A stretch of 64,000 nt of DNA, from NCBI RefSeq assembly GCF_944388365.1, contig NZ_CALXIN010000001.1:24776-88775 (forward strand), given 5' to 3'. A model generated the notes under the pieces. The model was not told the DNA's origin and made no database searches. It saw only the letters and a list, made by a program, of their open reading frames with translations. This document shows positions 1 to 9,506 of this stretch, one piece after another. A program made the position numbers and the translations under genes. This stretch comes from an uncultured Negativibacillus sp. Its GTDB lineage: Bacteria; Bacillota; Clostridia; Oscillospirales; Ruminococcaceae. Position 1 is the first letter of the stretch. The number at the start of each line of letters is the position of its first letter.

Positions 1-2
1 GC

Positions 3-473
3 CATATTGATCCAGAGCTGCCAAAACTTTCTCCCCTGCATCCATACGTTGCCTACGATTTTTCCATCATTGAAACCGACGAACGGTTTGACGCTGTTTG
101 TCCATATATCGACTTTGCCATCACCTCCTGCGGCGATGCATCGTTCGAGCAAATCAAAGAAAAGTGCGCCCGCATCCATCAGCGCGGATGCAAATATGTC
201 ATTGCAAGCCGTGGAAAAAACGGTTCCGTTTTCTCTGACGGTGAATACCTGTTTACCCGTGCCGCCAATCTGGTCAAGGCAGTGGATACCCTTGGCGCCG
301 GTGACTCTTTCCTGACTGCGTTTCTGCTTTCCTTTGTGGAATGGCTGCGCTCCAGACCGGAAGATGTTTCACTGGAAACCGCTGTTATGCAGGCAATGGA
401 TGCAGGAAGTGCCTTTGCTGCCAAAACCTGTATGGTACATGGTGCATTTGGACACGGAAAACAGTTTGAGTAA
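3..473 (+). CDS. PfkB-family carbohydrate kinase, C-terminal part (5' end lies outside the window)
   Basis: Frame 3 is open from the window edge. The translation contains 'VDTLGAGDSFLTAFLLSF', the PfkB nucleotide-binding signature, and ends at the stop at 471-473. Confidence 0.75.
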   Translation, partial: HIDPELPKLSPLHPYVAYDFSIIETDERFDAVCPYIDFAITSCGDASFEQIKEKCARIHQRGCKYVIASRGKNGSVFSDGEYLFTRAANLVKAVDTLGAGDSFLTAFLLSFVEWLRSRPEDVSLETAVMQAMDAGSAFAAKTCMVHGAFGHGKQFE

Positions 474-520
474 AGTTGAAATCATCGGGGACTTGTCTCT
501 TCTTTGTGGTGTAAAAGCCC

Positions 521-562
521 AAAAAAACACCGAATACACAACTGTGTATCCGGTGTTTTTTT
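521..562. terminator. Bidirectional rho-independent terminator between convergent genes
   Basis: A-run, then a 12-13 bp hairpin (caccgaatacaca / tgtgtatccggtg), then a T-run. Confidence 0.7.
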
Positions 563-579
563 GGCTTTCTCTATATCTC

Positions 580-1419
580 TTAAGAAGGAATTTTTTTCTT
601 GTAGGCACTTTCCTTTGGAATGCGGATGGTATAGACCAGTTCATCGCTTTCCTCCTGTACCTGGGTCTGTGCTTTGATACCCGATAACCTCATGGTCTCC
701 AGCGCCTTATCAATGGTGTTTAAAAAGATGCGCAAATCTCGAACAACAAACAAGCGGTTCTTGTCCCTCTGTTTCTGCTGCTGTTTTCCCTGAAGCTGTG
801 CTAAGTATCGCTCGGTCTGTGCGACGTTCATCTCTTTTTCCGCAATCGTTTTGATCGCCGAAAGAATCACTTCATCGCCCTGATCGTTTAAGCACAGCAA
901 TGCGCGCGCATGTCGTTCGGTCAGGCCATGGTTGACAATTTCTTCCTGAACCTCTTTGGAAAATTGCAGCAGACGCAGTTTGTTTGCTACCGTGGATTGA
1001 TTCTTTCCCAGTTTTTTTGCCACTGCCTGTTGGGTGTATCCTGCCATCTTCATCAGTTTTTGAATTGCCATCGCTTCTTCAAAATAATTGAGGTCGCACC
1101 GCTGAATATTTTCGATCAATGCCAGGGCACTGCTCCGCTCCTCATCCATCGAAGTGAGAATCGCAGGAATCTCCTGCATCTTCAGCTTTCGGCACGCCAG
1201 CAGCCGGCGCTCTCCTGCCACTAACTGATAGTATCCATTTTCCAGCGGCAGAAGGGTGATCGGCTGCAGCAGTCCATATTGTGCAATACTGGAAGCCAGC
1301 TGCTCAATTTTTTCGGCGTCAAATACCTTGCGCGGTTGATATGGATTGGGGAGGATTTTATGTTCTGGAATCAACACCACCTTGTTGATGGTTTTTTGTT
1401 TAGCAAGAAGCGCCTTCAT
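580..1419 (-). CDS. ParB/Noc-family DNA-binding protein (Noc-like by position and C-terminus)
   Basis: ParB box 'GERRLLACRKL' and HTH 'GYTQQAVAKKLGKNQSTVANKLRLL'. C-terminal 'VRDLRIFLNTIDKALETM...IRIPK' resembles Noc as I recall it. The gene lies directly downstream of rsmG, as noc does in Bacilli. Confidence 0.8.
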   Translation of the reverse strand: MKALLAKQKTINKVVLIPEHKILPNPYQPRKVFDAEKIEQLASSIAQYGLLQPITLLPLENGYYQLVAGERRLLACRKLKMQEIPAILTSMDEERSSALALIENIQRCDLNYFEEAMAIQKLMKMAGYTQQAVAKKLGKNQSTVANKLRLLQFSKEVQEEIVNHGLTERHARALLCLNDQGDEVILSAIKTIAEKEMNVAQTERYLAQLQGKQQQKQRDKNRLFVVRDLRIFLNTIDKALETMRLSGIKAQTQVQEESDELVYTIRIPKESAYKKKIPS

Positions 1420-1710
1420 CTCAGCAGCTTCACCTCCTTGAGTTCCCTGGTCCCAAAACGCCCCTGCCTGGACTGGTCACACCAGCCGCAGGCAGGTAAA
1501 GTTTTGAGATATGATGGGAGCAGAAATGTTTGCAGGAGCGGATTAGGGAGCTCCGCACCTGCCGAGCAAAAGAAAGGAAAATAGGAATAGAAAAGGCATG
1601 GACTGCAGACCAGCTTCGGTCCGTGTCCATGCCTATATCATAGCACAGAGTATTCCTGATTTCCAGAAAAATCGTTCGACATGTTTCGACTTATCCCTGC
1701 AAAATCCCCT

Positions 1711-2424
1711 TTAAAGAATCGGTTTCTTTGCCATTTTAGCGGCGGTTCTGGGGAATTGCGGCGGAGTCTGCGATATTTTCTTAATCACAAGGATGCTTCT
1801 GCCGCTGTCTTCCGGCAGTGTAAAGTGCAGAATCTGTTCCACCTTGCCGCCCATTGTGGCGATGGCGTTCTTGGACTCACGCACTTCCTCCTCGACCTCC
1901 GGTCCTTTCAGCGAAACGAAGTAGCCTCCCACCTTGACATACGGCAGGCAGTATTCCGCCAGATCCCGCAGATTGGCAACAGCTCGGGCGGTTGCAAAAT
2001 CAAACTGTTCCCGCAGATGTTTCTGTTTTCCGCCGTCCTCTGCCCGCGAATGCAGGAAACTGCAATCCAGACCCAGCTGGTCATTGACCGCCTGCAAAAA
2101 GGTCAGACGCTTCTGCAAGCTGTCCAGCATCGTTACCTTCAGGTCAGGGCGTGCAATCTTCACCGGCATGGATGGGAAACCCGCACCGGTGCCCACATCA
2201 ATCAGGCTCGCTCCCTGCGGCAGCTGTACCGCTTTGAGCAGCAGCAGGCTGTCCACAAAATGCTTAAATACAATCTCTCTGGCCTCGGTGATGGCTGTCA
2301 GATTCATTTTTTCATTCCATTCCACCAACAGCTGCGCATACACATCCAGCTGATCGGGCGCCTGCTGCGGCAGTTCAATCTCAAAGGAGCGGCAGCCCTC
2401 CAAAAGAAGCTGTTTATCGATCAT
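1711..2424 (-). CDS. rsmG: 16S rRNA (guanine527-N7)-methyltransferase RsmG/GidB
   Basis: SAM-binding 'LIDVGTGAGFPSMPVKI', 237 aa, downstream of mnmG. Confidence 0.9.
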   Translation of the reverse strand: MIDKQLLLEGCRSFEIELPQQAPDQLDVYAQLLVEWNEKMNLTAITEAREIVFKHFVDSLLLLKAVQLPQGASLIDVGTGAGFPSMPVKIARPDLKVTMLDSLQKRLTFLQAVNDQLGLDCSFLHSRAEDGGKQKHLREQFDFATARAVANLRDLAEYCLPYVKVGGYFVSLKGPEVEEEVRESKNAIATMGGKVEQILHFTLPEDSGRSILVIKKISQTPPQFPRTAAKMAKKPIL

Positions 2425-2475
2425 ATCTCTATCCTTCCTGCACCGACGGATGATTTCTCCTCCGGTGCGACAAAA

Positions 2476-2491
2476 TGTTTCATGTGAAACA
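2476..2491. promoter_or_regulatory. parS-like centromere site
   Basis: TGTTTCATGTGAAACA matches the Firmicute parS consensus TGTTNCACGTGAAACA at 15 of 16 positions. It sits in the mnmG-rsmG spacer. Confidence 0.65.
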
Positions 2492-2499
2492 TTGGGTTT

Positions 2500-4392
2500 C
2501 TACGAATTTTTTTCCTCCATCCGATTGCTTTCGAGGTAGATCAGCAGCACCGAGATATCCGCCGGACTGACTCCCGAAATGCGGGAAGCCTGACCAATGT
2601 TGTATGGACGGACCCGCTGCAGCTTTTCAATCGCTTCCAGACGCAGTCCTCGAATCTGGGTGTAGTCAATCTGCTCTGGCAGCTGCTTGCTTTCCAGCTT
2701 GCGCATCTGTTCCACCTGCATCAGCTGCTTCTGGATGTAGCCCTCGTACTTAATCTGAATTTCCACCTGTTCGGTCACCTCGTCAGGCAGGTTCGGACGC
2801 TCCGTGTCAAACGGTGCCAGATCCTGATAGGTGATCTGTGGACGGCGAATCAGATCGGAGGCATGCGCACCGGTTTCCAGCGCTGCTGTTCCTCTTGCAA
2901 CCAGCATGTTGTTCAGCTCTTCGGACGGACCAAAGGTTAGCTTTTCAATGCGCTTGCGCTCCTGTTCGATCTGTTCCTGCTTGTGCAGATAGTTCTGCCA
3001 GCGCTCCTCGCTGATGAGTCCCAGCTCGTGACCGATCGGTGTCAGACGCTGATCCGCATTGTCCTGTCTGAGCAGCAGACGATACTCCGAGCGGCTGGTC
3101 ATCATGCGGTATGGGTCGGAACAGCCCTTGGTAACCAGATCGTCAATCAGGGTGCCGATATAGCTGGATGCACGGTCGAGGATCAACGGATGTTTTCCCT
3201 GTACCTTTCGTGCCGCATTGATGCCGGCAATCAGTCCCTGTGCCGCTGCTTCCTCATAACCGGAAGTACCGTTAAACTGACCCGCACCATACAGACCTTC
3301 CACCTTCAAAAACTCCAGCGATGGACGAAGGTCCAGCGGGTCGATGCAGTCATATTCAATCGCATAGGCGTTGCGCATGATGCGGACATTTTCAAAGCCG
3401 ACAATCGAGCGATAGATCTGCACCTGTACATCCTCCGGCAAAGAGGAAGAAAGGCCCTGCAAATACATCTCCTCGGTGTCCAATCCCACCGGTTCCACAA
3501 AGGACTGGTGGCGTGGTTTTTCTGCAAAGCGCATTACCTTGTCCTCGATACTTGGACAATAGCGCGGACCGACGCCCTCGATCATTCCTCCGTACAGCGG
3601 AGAACGATGGATGTTGTTGCGGATAATCTCGTGTGTCTTTTCGTTGGTATAAGCAATGTGGCAGACCACCTGATTTTTTAAACCTTCGCGCGGTGTCTCA
3701 AAGGAAAACGGGATGATTGGCTCGTCCCCTGCCTGTACCTCCAGCTTGCTGTAATCAATGCTGTCGCGATGGACACGCGCCGGTGTTCCAGTTTTAAACC
3801 GACGCAGGTGGATACCCAGACGCTCCAGTGCCTCGCTGAGTCCTACCGCCGCGTGCAGACCGTCCGGTCCGCTCTCGTAGGAAACATCTCCCACGTAGAT
3901 TCTGCCGTGCAGGAAGGTTCCCGAACAGATGATCGCCGTTTTGACGGTGTAAACTGCACCCAGCTTGGTAACCAGCTCTTTGACTGCACCGTTTTCGTCG
4001 ATGCGAAGATCGCACACCTCCGCCTGAATGATGTCCAGTCCCTTCTGCTTCTCCAGACGGTGCTTCATCTCACGGTGGTAGGCATCCCTATCCGACTGGA
4101 CACGCAGGCTGTGAACAGCCGGTCCTTTTCCTCGATTGAGCATCCTGCTCTGCAAAAAGGTGGCGTCTGCCGCCTTGCCCATCTCGCCGCCCAGCGCATC
4201 AATCTCCCGCACCAGATGGCCCTTGGCAGTTCCTCCAATCGAAGGATTGCACGGCATGTTGCCGATTGCATCGAGGGACATGGTAAAGATGGCCGTTTTT
4301 GCGCCCAGCCTTGCTGCTGCCAGCGCCGCTTCGATGCCGGCATGGCCCGCACCGATTACCGCGACCTCATATTCCCCCATCTTGTACTCCAT
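2500..4392 (-). CDS. mnmG: tRNA uridine-5-carboxymethylaminomethyl modification enzyme MnmG/GidA
   Basis: FAD-binding 'YEVAVIGAGHAGIEAALAAARLG'. About 630 aa. The ATG at 4392 is preferred over 4428 because AGGAA lies 7 nt upstream. Confidence 0.92.
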   Translation of the reverse strand: MEYKMGEYEVAVIGAGHAGIEAALAAARLGAKTAIFTMSLDAIGNMPCNPSIGGTAKGHLVREIDALGGEMGKAADATFLQSRMLNRGKGPAVHSLRVQSDRDAYHREMKHRLEKQKGLDIIQAEVCDLRIDENGAVKELVTKLGAVYTVKTAIICSGTFLHGRIYVGDVSYESGPDGLHAAVGLSEALERLGIHLRRFKTGTPARVHRDSIDYSKLEVQAGDEPIIPFSFETPREGLKNQVVCHIAYTNEKTHEIIRNNIHRSPLYGGMIEGVGPRYCPSIEDKVMRFAEKPRHQSFVEPVGLDTEEMYLQGLSSSLPEDVQVQIYRSIVGFENVRIMRNAYAIEYDCIDPLDLRPSLEFLKVEGLYGAGQFNGTSGYEEAAAQGLIAGINAARKVQGKHPLILDRASSYIGTLIDDLVTKGCSDPYRMMTSRSEYRLLLRQDNADQRLTPIGHELGLISEERWQNYLHKQEQIEQERKRIEKLTFGPSEELNNMLVARGTAALETGAHASDLIRRPQITYQDLAPFDTERPNLPDEVTEQVEIQIKYEGYIQKQLMQVEQMRKLESKQLPEQIDYTQIRGLRLEAIEKLQRVRPYNIGQASRISGVSPADISVLLIYLESNRMEEKNS

Positions 4393-4412
4393 TCTTTGTT
4401 TCCTTCCTTTCT

Positions 4413-5792
4413 CTATTTTCCAACACAAAAACGTGCAAATACCTGGTCAATGACCGCTTCGGAAGCGCGTTCACCGGTCAGTTCCAGCAGATCGTCAATC
4501 GCCGCATCAATGCAGACGTTGACTGCATCCAGCGTCTCGCCCATCTGCAGCGCCTGCTGTGCCTGTTCCATCGTCTTTGCCGCTTCTTCTACGCAGGCTC
4601 TCTGACGTTCGTTTGCAATGATTCCAGACGAGGAATCGAGTTGCGCCAGATTCAAAATCTCCCGCACCTGTGTTTCCAGTTCTTCTACGCCTTCACCTGC
4701 GCTGGCAGAAAGCTGTGCAATATGAGGAATCTTTTCCTTAATTTGCTCGATGTCCATTTTTCGCTCCAGGTCGGTCTTGTTGATGACTGCCACTACCGGA
4801 CGGTCCTTGATTTGGTCGATCAATTCTAAATCCTGCTGGGACAGCTCTTACGAGCTGTCGAACACTGCCAGCACCAAATCGCTGCTGTCCAGACGTTTGC
4901 GCGCCAATTCGACGCCCATTCTTTCCACAGGGTCATCGGTATCGCGCAAACCGGCAGTATCCGCCAGATGCAGCACTACATCGCCCAGACGGATGGTATC
5001 TTCGACAACATCTCGGGTGGTGCCTGGTATCTGGGTGACGATACTTTTTTGTTCTCCCGACAGCAGGTTCATCAGCGTCGATTTTCCAACATTTGGACGG
5101 CCCACAATGACCGTCCGAACTCCTTCGCGCAGCACTCTGCCGCTGTCATATTCCCGCAAAATGGTGTGCAGTGAATCACAAATCTGATCCACACTGCGGC
5201 GCAGATTGTCGTCCGACACTTCCTCAATATCCTCATCGGGATAATCCACCCACGCAGCCAATGCAGAGGACACCCCCAGCATCTTGTCTACAACCTTGTG
5301 GATCTTTTGAAACACCGCACCGTCCCGCGCGCTCAGCGCAGCCTGGGCGCTTTGGCGTCCCTGTGAAGCGATCAAATCGACCACTGCCTCCGCCTGTGTC
5401 AGATTCATTTTTCCGTTCAAAAAGGCACGACGGGTGAACTCACCAGCCTGTGCGGGTCGGGCGCCGGCACTGATGCAGGCGCGCAATGTACGCTGCACCA
5501 GATAGATGCCTCCGTGGCAGCAAATCTCCACCACATCTTCCCCTGTATAGCTCTTAGGGTTGCGATAAACAAAAACAACCGCTTCGTCGATCTCCCCCTG
5601 GTCATCATGCAGTCGTCCAAACAGTCCTCGATATCCTTCTGTCTGGGATACCTTTCGGCCCGAAACCGATACAAATACACTGTCTGCCACTGCAAATGCC
5701 TGCGGACCGGAGATGCGCACCATTCCAATGCCTCCTACTGCCACCGGCGTTGCAATCGCCGCGATGGTGTCTGCAGCAATCATGCTGTTCAT
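4413..5792 (-). pseudogene. mnmE: tRNA modification GTPase MnmE/TrmE interrupted by an in-frame TAA (4848-4850)
   Basis: ORFs 4848-5816 and 4413-4823 are in the same frame (5816-4823=993). Read-through gives '...LVLAVFDSS*ELSQQDLELIDQIKDRPVVAVINKTDL...FCVGK'. This is a colinear MnmE with G1 'GRPNVGKST', G3 'DTAG', G4 'NKTD' and the C-terminal 'CxGK'. Confidence 0.85.
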
Positions 5793-5938
5793 CCTGACCC
5801 TTCCTTTCTCTTGCAAACCTCATTTGTCCATAGATACTGTTATTATAGCAAAAAAACGCATCAATGCAAAGTATCGTGCCAAAAACAGCATAAAAATATC
5901 CCGTCAAACCAATGGTTTGACGGGATATTTTTATGCTG

Positions 5939-6622
5939 TTAAGCAGCTTTTCTCTTTATTGGAATTGGTGCACGATAGCTTGCTGCCTTACGCACCATAC
6001 AATACTGTACCAGGTCAGGATAGTGGTCGATTGTTTCATACAATTCAAACCCAAAGTGCTGGTACATCGACACGTTTTTAGGATTGTGGGTCTCCAAACT
6101 AATGAACATTTCCCTCTGATCCGCATATTCCATCACAACATTCATCAAATATTTAGCAAGTCCTCTGCCCTGACAGGACGGTCGTACCGCCAGGTAGATA
6201 ATATGCAGACGGTTTTCGTCCAGTTCCTCGGTCCAACTGCTGTTAAGATAGTCCCTGCCTTTGACAAAATTGAAAAATGTTTCCAAGCTCGGGTCATCGC
6301 GAATCAAACATGCGTTGGTTTTTACTGTGCTGTACAGCTGCTGCAAATAATATTTAAACGGATTATATGGTGCTGCTTCATCCGATACAACAATAATCGC
6401 ATCAAGATTCTGGTTGTTTGCATAGATTTCGCAGTTTTCCAGCATTTCATCCAGGTCGCATCGAAACAGTTCCGGCAACAGTTTTTCTCTGGTTTCCTCG
6501 TCCGGAATCAGTTCCTGATACAATGGGTCATTGCTGAAGCATTCCGTCAGCAGCGCAATCAGCTTTGTTTCGTCTTCTCTTCCAACCCGATATAACCTAT
6601 CGGTATCCATGATTTCACTCAC
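5939..6622 (-). CDS. GNAT-family N-acetyltransferase
   Basis: Acetyl-CoA motif 'VRPSCQGRGLAKYLMNVVMEYA'. Confidence 0.7.
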   Translation of the reverse strand: MSEIMDTDRLYRVGREDETKLIALLTECFSNDPLYQELIPDEETREKLLPELFRCDLDEMLENCEIYANNQNLDAIIVVSDEAAPYNPFKYYLQQLYSTVKTNACLIRDDPSLETFFNFVKGRDYLNSSWTEELDENRLHIIYLAVRPSCQGRGLAKYLMNVVMEYADQREMFISLETHNPKNVSMYQHFGFELYETIDHYPDLVQYCMVRKAASYRAPIPIKRKAA

Positions 6623-6934
6623 CTTTAATATGATTCAGAGATTTCGATTTGTACAAGGCTGCAGCTTTGTTTTTCTTGTTCCGCGGTACCTTTATTATAC
6701 CCTACCGATGCCTGTCTCTTCAAACCGCATTTGGCCGTGAAAACACAGGGGATTTCTTCTCCATTCACTTTTTACCCTTGTCCATAATTGGGCGATCTCA
6801 CGTTTCCTTTGTTTTTCTCGCTTATGCTCCCTCATCCATCTTTTCTTCACCTGCGCTTCATCTGCTGTTTATCCCTGCTTTACAAAGGATAAACAAAAAA
6901 ACCGACAGCAAAGCTGTCGGTTTTTTCAGATGGA

Positions 6935-7882
6935 TTACTCCAGATCAATTTTTGCGTATAACGGCTTGTCCTCTGCCTCTCTTGGAGGAGTGCTGCGAGG
7001 AACTTCGTTGCGTACGTTTTCATTGGAAGGTGCCGGTCTGTCCTCAAAGCGGCGCTCTTTAAACTCGCGGTTCTGCTTTGGAGCGCGTTTGCGGTTCTCG
7101 ACATCCTCCTTGGTGTTGGTGTTTGGACGGAATACATACGGTTTCTTTTCCTGACCTTCTTTGCGTCTCTCACCCTGCTGTCTGCGTCCACCCTGACGGT
7201 AGCCGCCTTTGCCGTTGTTGTACGGTTTCTTCTTGCCTTTGTAGTTGTTGTACTTCTTAACCGGATTGGTCGAGCTGATGACAACGCGGCGGTTTGGTTC
7301 CTCACCAATCGAAGAAGAGGTTGCACCCTCGACGGTCGAAACGGTCGCATGGATGATTCTTCTTTCGTATGGATTCATCGGTTCCAGGGTCACGCTGCGT
7401 CCGCTTTTGACAACATTGCGGGCAAGACGTTTTGCCAGCGACTCCAGGGTTTTCTCGCGTTTCTCACGGAAATTGCCGCTGTCAATGGTAATTCTCATAT
7501 AGTCACCGTCCAGACGGTTGACTGCAAGACTTGCCAGATACTGGATTGCATCGATCGTTTCGCCGCGTCGACCGATAACAAATCCCAGGTCATCTCCCTT
7601 GAGGGCGATGTTCAGGTTGTCTCCGTCCTTAGTTGCCTCTGCAGTAAAGGACGAAACACCCATTGCTTTGAGGATGGAGGTGACATATTCGACCACCATT
7701 GCCTCTCTGTCCTCCTTGACAAAGACGCGAACCTTTGCCGGGTAGGTCTTTAAACCGAACAGACCTTTTTTCGGCAGGTCGATGATCTCAAACTCCGCCT
7801 GTTCTCTGGAAACATTCAGCTGCTGGCAGGCTTCTTCGATTGCCAGATCAACTGTTTTTCCTGTTGTAATGATCTCTTTCAA
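6935..7882 (-). CDS. jag: Jag/KhpB RNA-binding protein (Jag_N, KH, R3H) with a long basic C-terminal tail
   Basis: 'GRRGETIDAIQYL' (KH) and 'EPMNPYERRIIH' (R3H). Lies downstream of yidC. The last ~100 aa are K/R/G/N-rich. Confidence 0.88.
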   Translation of the reverse strand: MKEIITTGKTVDLAIEEACQQLNVSREQAEFEIIDLPKKGLFGLKTYPAKVRVFVKEDREAMVVEYVTSILKAMGVSSFTAEATKDGDNLNIALKGDDLGFVIGRRGETIDAIQYLASLAVNRLDGDYMRITIDSGNFREKREKTLESLAKRLARNVVKSGRSVTLEPMNPYERRIIHATVSTVEGATSSSIGEEPNRRVVISSTNPVKKYNNYKGKKKPYNNGKGGYRQGGRRQQGERRKEGQEKKPYVFRPNTNTKEDVENRKRAPKQNREFKERRFEDRPAPSNENVRNEVPRSTPPREAEDKPLYAKIDLE

Positions 7883-7921
7883 ACTGTTACCTCCTCTGAT
7901 AATCAGCGAAAAGCTCGGTTG

Positions 7922-8962
7922 CTATTCCAAATCGTCGTCGGTGACCTCGGTATAAACGTCGCCATACTTTTCAGCATCGCGTTTTCTAGCCTCTGCCAGT
8001 TTTTGACGATTGATTTCTTTCTGTGTTTTTGCTTTTGCCTTTGCCTCTGCATCACCATCGCGTGCCTTCTTTTTGGCTTCGATGCGTTCCATGCGCTCCT
8101 GTTCTCTGCGCGCTTCTGCTTCCTGTTTTGCTTTTTCTGCCATTTCCTTTGGATTATAGAACTTATTCAGGATCATGGTCTGCACAAACATCAATACGTT
8201 GGAGACAATCCAGTAGATACCAACACCGGCTGGAACCTGAAAAGCGATCCACAGGGACATCAATGGAGAAATCAACATCATTGCCTTCATGGTGCCTGCG
8301 CCAGGACCTTCCATTGCGGTAGGATTGTTGCGCATAGCCATCCAGGAGGACAGAAAAGCGGTTGCACCCGAAAGGATCGGGATCAAAATCAGAATATTAA
8401 AACCAAACGACGGAGTCGCACCCAGGTTGATACCTAAGAAGTTCAGATCAAATGCCTGGATTTTGCTGACAATCTCCTGTCCCAAAGCCGCATAGGCCTG
8501 TGGGTTTTCCTGTACCGAAGCGATGATGCTGGTCTGTGGAGAATAGTGGCTGAATGCAACGCCAAGTCCCTCCATGATCGACTGTGCCTGAGCAATCAGC
8601 TCACTGCTCATACCAAGAACGTGGGTCATTGGCTTGTAGATAACGTCAATCAGACCGAAGAGTACCAGGAAGGTGATCAGCATCGGCAGACATCCGCCTG
8701 CCGGATTGTAGTGCTCTCTCTGATAGAGCTTTTGCAGCTCTTCGTTCATCTTCTGCTGATTTTTTGCGTACATCTTCTGGATTTCCTGAAGCTGAGGCTG
8801 GATCGCAGCCATTTTAGCAGAAGATTTCTGCTGCTTGATCGACAGCGGAAGCATAACGAGCTTTACAAGCAGTGTAAAAATGATCAGCGACCATCCGTAG
8901 CTGTGCAGAACGTTGTAAAGCAGCCGCATGATTAAACCAAGCGGATAACCAAGAATATACAT
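7922..8962 (-). CDS. yidC: YidC/SpoIIIJ membrane protein insertase
   Basis: 'LPLSIKQQKSSAKMAAIQPQLQEIQKMY...YNPAGGCLPMLI'. Charged C-terminal tail. Confidence 0.92.
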   Translation of the reverse strand: MYILGYPLGLIMRLLYNVLHSYGWSLIIFTLLVKLVMLPLSIKQQKSSAKMAAIQPQLQEIQKMYAKNQQKMNEELQKLYQREHYNPAGGCLPMLITFLVLFGLIDVIYKPMTHVLGMSSELIAQAQSIMEGLGVAFSHYSPQTSIIASVQENPQAYAALGQEIVSKIQAFDLNFLGINLGATPSFGFNILILIPILSGATAFLSSWMAMRNNPTAMEGPGAGTMKAMMLISPLMSLWIAFQVPAGVGIYWIVSNVLMFVQTMILNKFYNPKEMAEKAKQEAEARREQERMERIEAKKKARDGDAEAKAKAKTQKEINRQKLAEARKRDAEKYGDVYTEVTDDDLE

Positions 8963-9145
8963 TGAAAACCTCCATTCTGCGTTTTATCTTCTATATTATA
9001 AGGAAGAAAAAACGCCGCACACCCCTGTCGCTTTCCAGCAGCCAGAGGGAATGCCTGCACTTTTGTTGTGCATTGATTGTGCCCGCCCGAAACATTTCTG
9101 GTAGAAGCGGCATCAAAACCGCCCGCCCATCAAAGGGCTGTGGAG

Positions 9146-9376
9146 TTATCTGTTTCGATCCAATTTTTCAGGCACTGGATCATAACCACCCGGATGAAAT
9201 GGGTGGCACTTTAAAATGCGGCGCAGCGCAAGATAACCGCCCTTAATCGCACCAAACCGCTGGATAGCGGTAAACGCATAGGCCGAACAGGTCGGATAGA
9301 AGCGGCAGCGCGGCGGAAAACACGGCGAGATGATCTTCTGATAAAAACGAATCATCAACAGCATCAGATATTTCAT
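9146..9376 (-). CDS. yidD: Membrane protein insertion efficiency factor YidD
   Basis: '[23 protein letters not shown]', 76 aa. Confidence 0.9.
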   Translation of the reverse strand: MKYLMLLMIRFYQKIISPCFPPRCRFYPTCSAYAFTAIQRFGAIKGGYLALRRILKCHPFHPGGYDPVPEKLDRNR

Positions 9377-9506
9377 CCCGATCTTCCCCTTCTAAATAGT
9401 ATAGATGAAGTGACCATCACCTATGTTTTCTGCTTTTGTTTGTGCAAGGCAGAAATTTTCTTTTGCCTTTACACATTGTCTGCTAAAAGCCTTGGGCCAT
9501 TCCCCT

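Noticed and set aside
7-315. A 102-aa ORF at the window start in frame 1.
   Set aside because: Frame 3 over the same DNA encodes a continuous PfkB kinase with its signature motif. The frame-1 ORF is an overlapping artefact.
4848-4850. The in-frame TAA in mnmE as evidence of stop-codon reassignment.
   Set aside because: TAA terminates other clearly complete genes in the window (rpmH at 10109-10111, dnaA at 12222-12224). No other gene shows an in-frame TAA, so a local mutation or sequencing error is the simpler reading.
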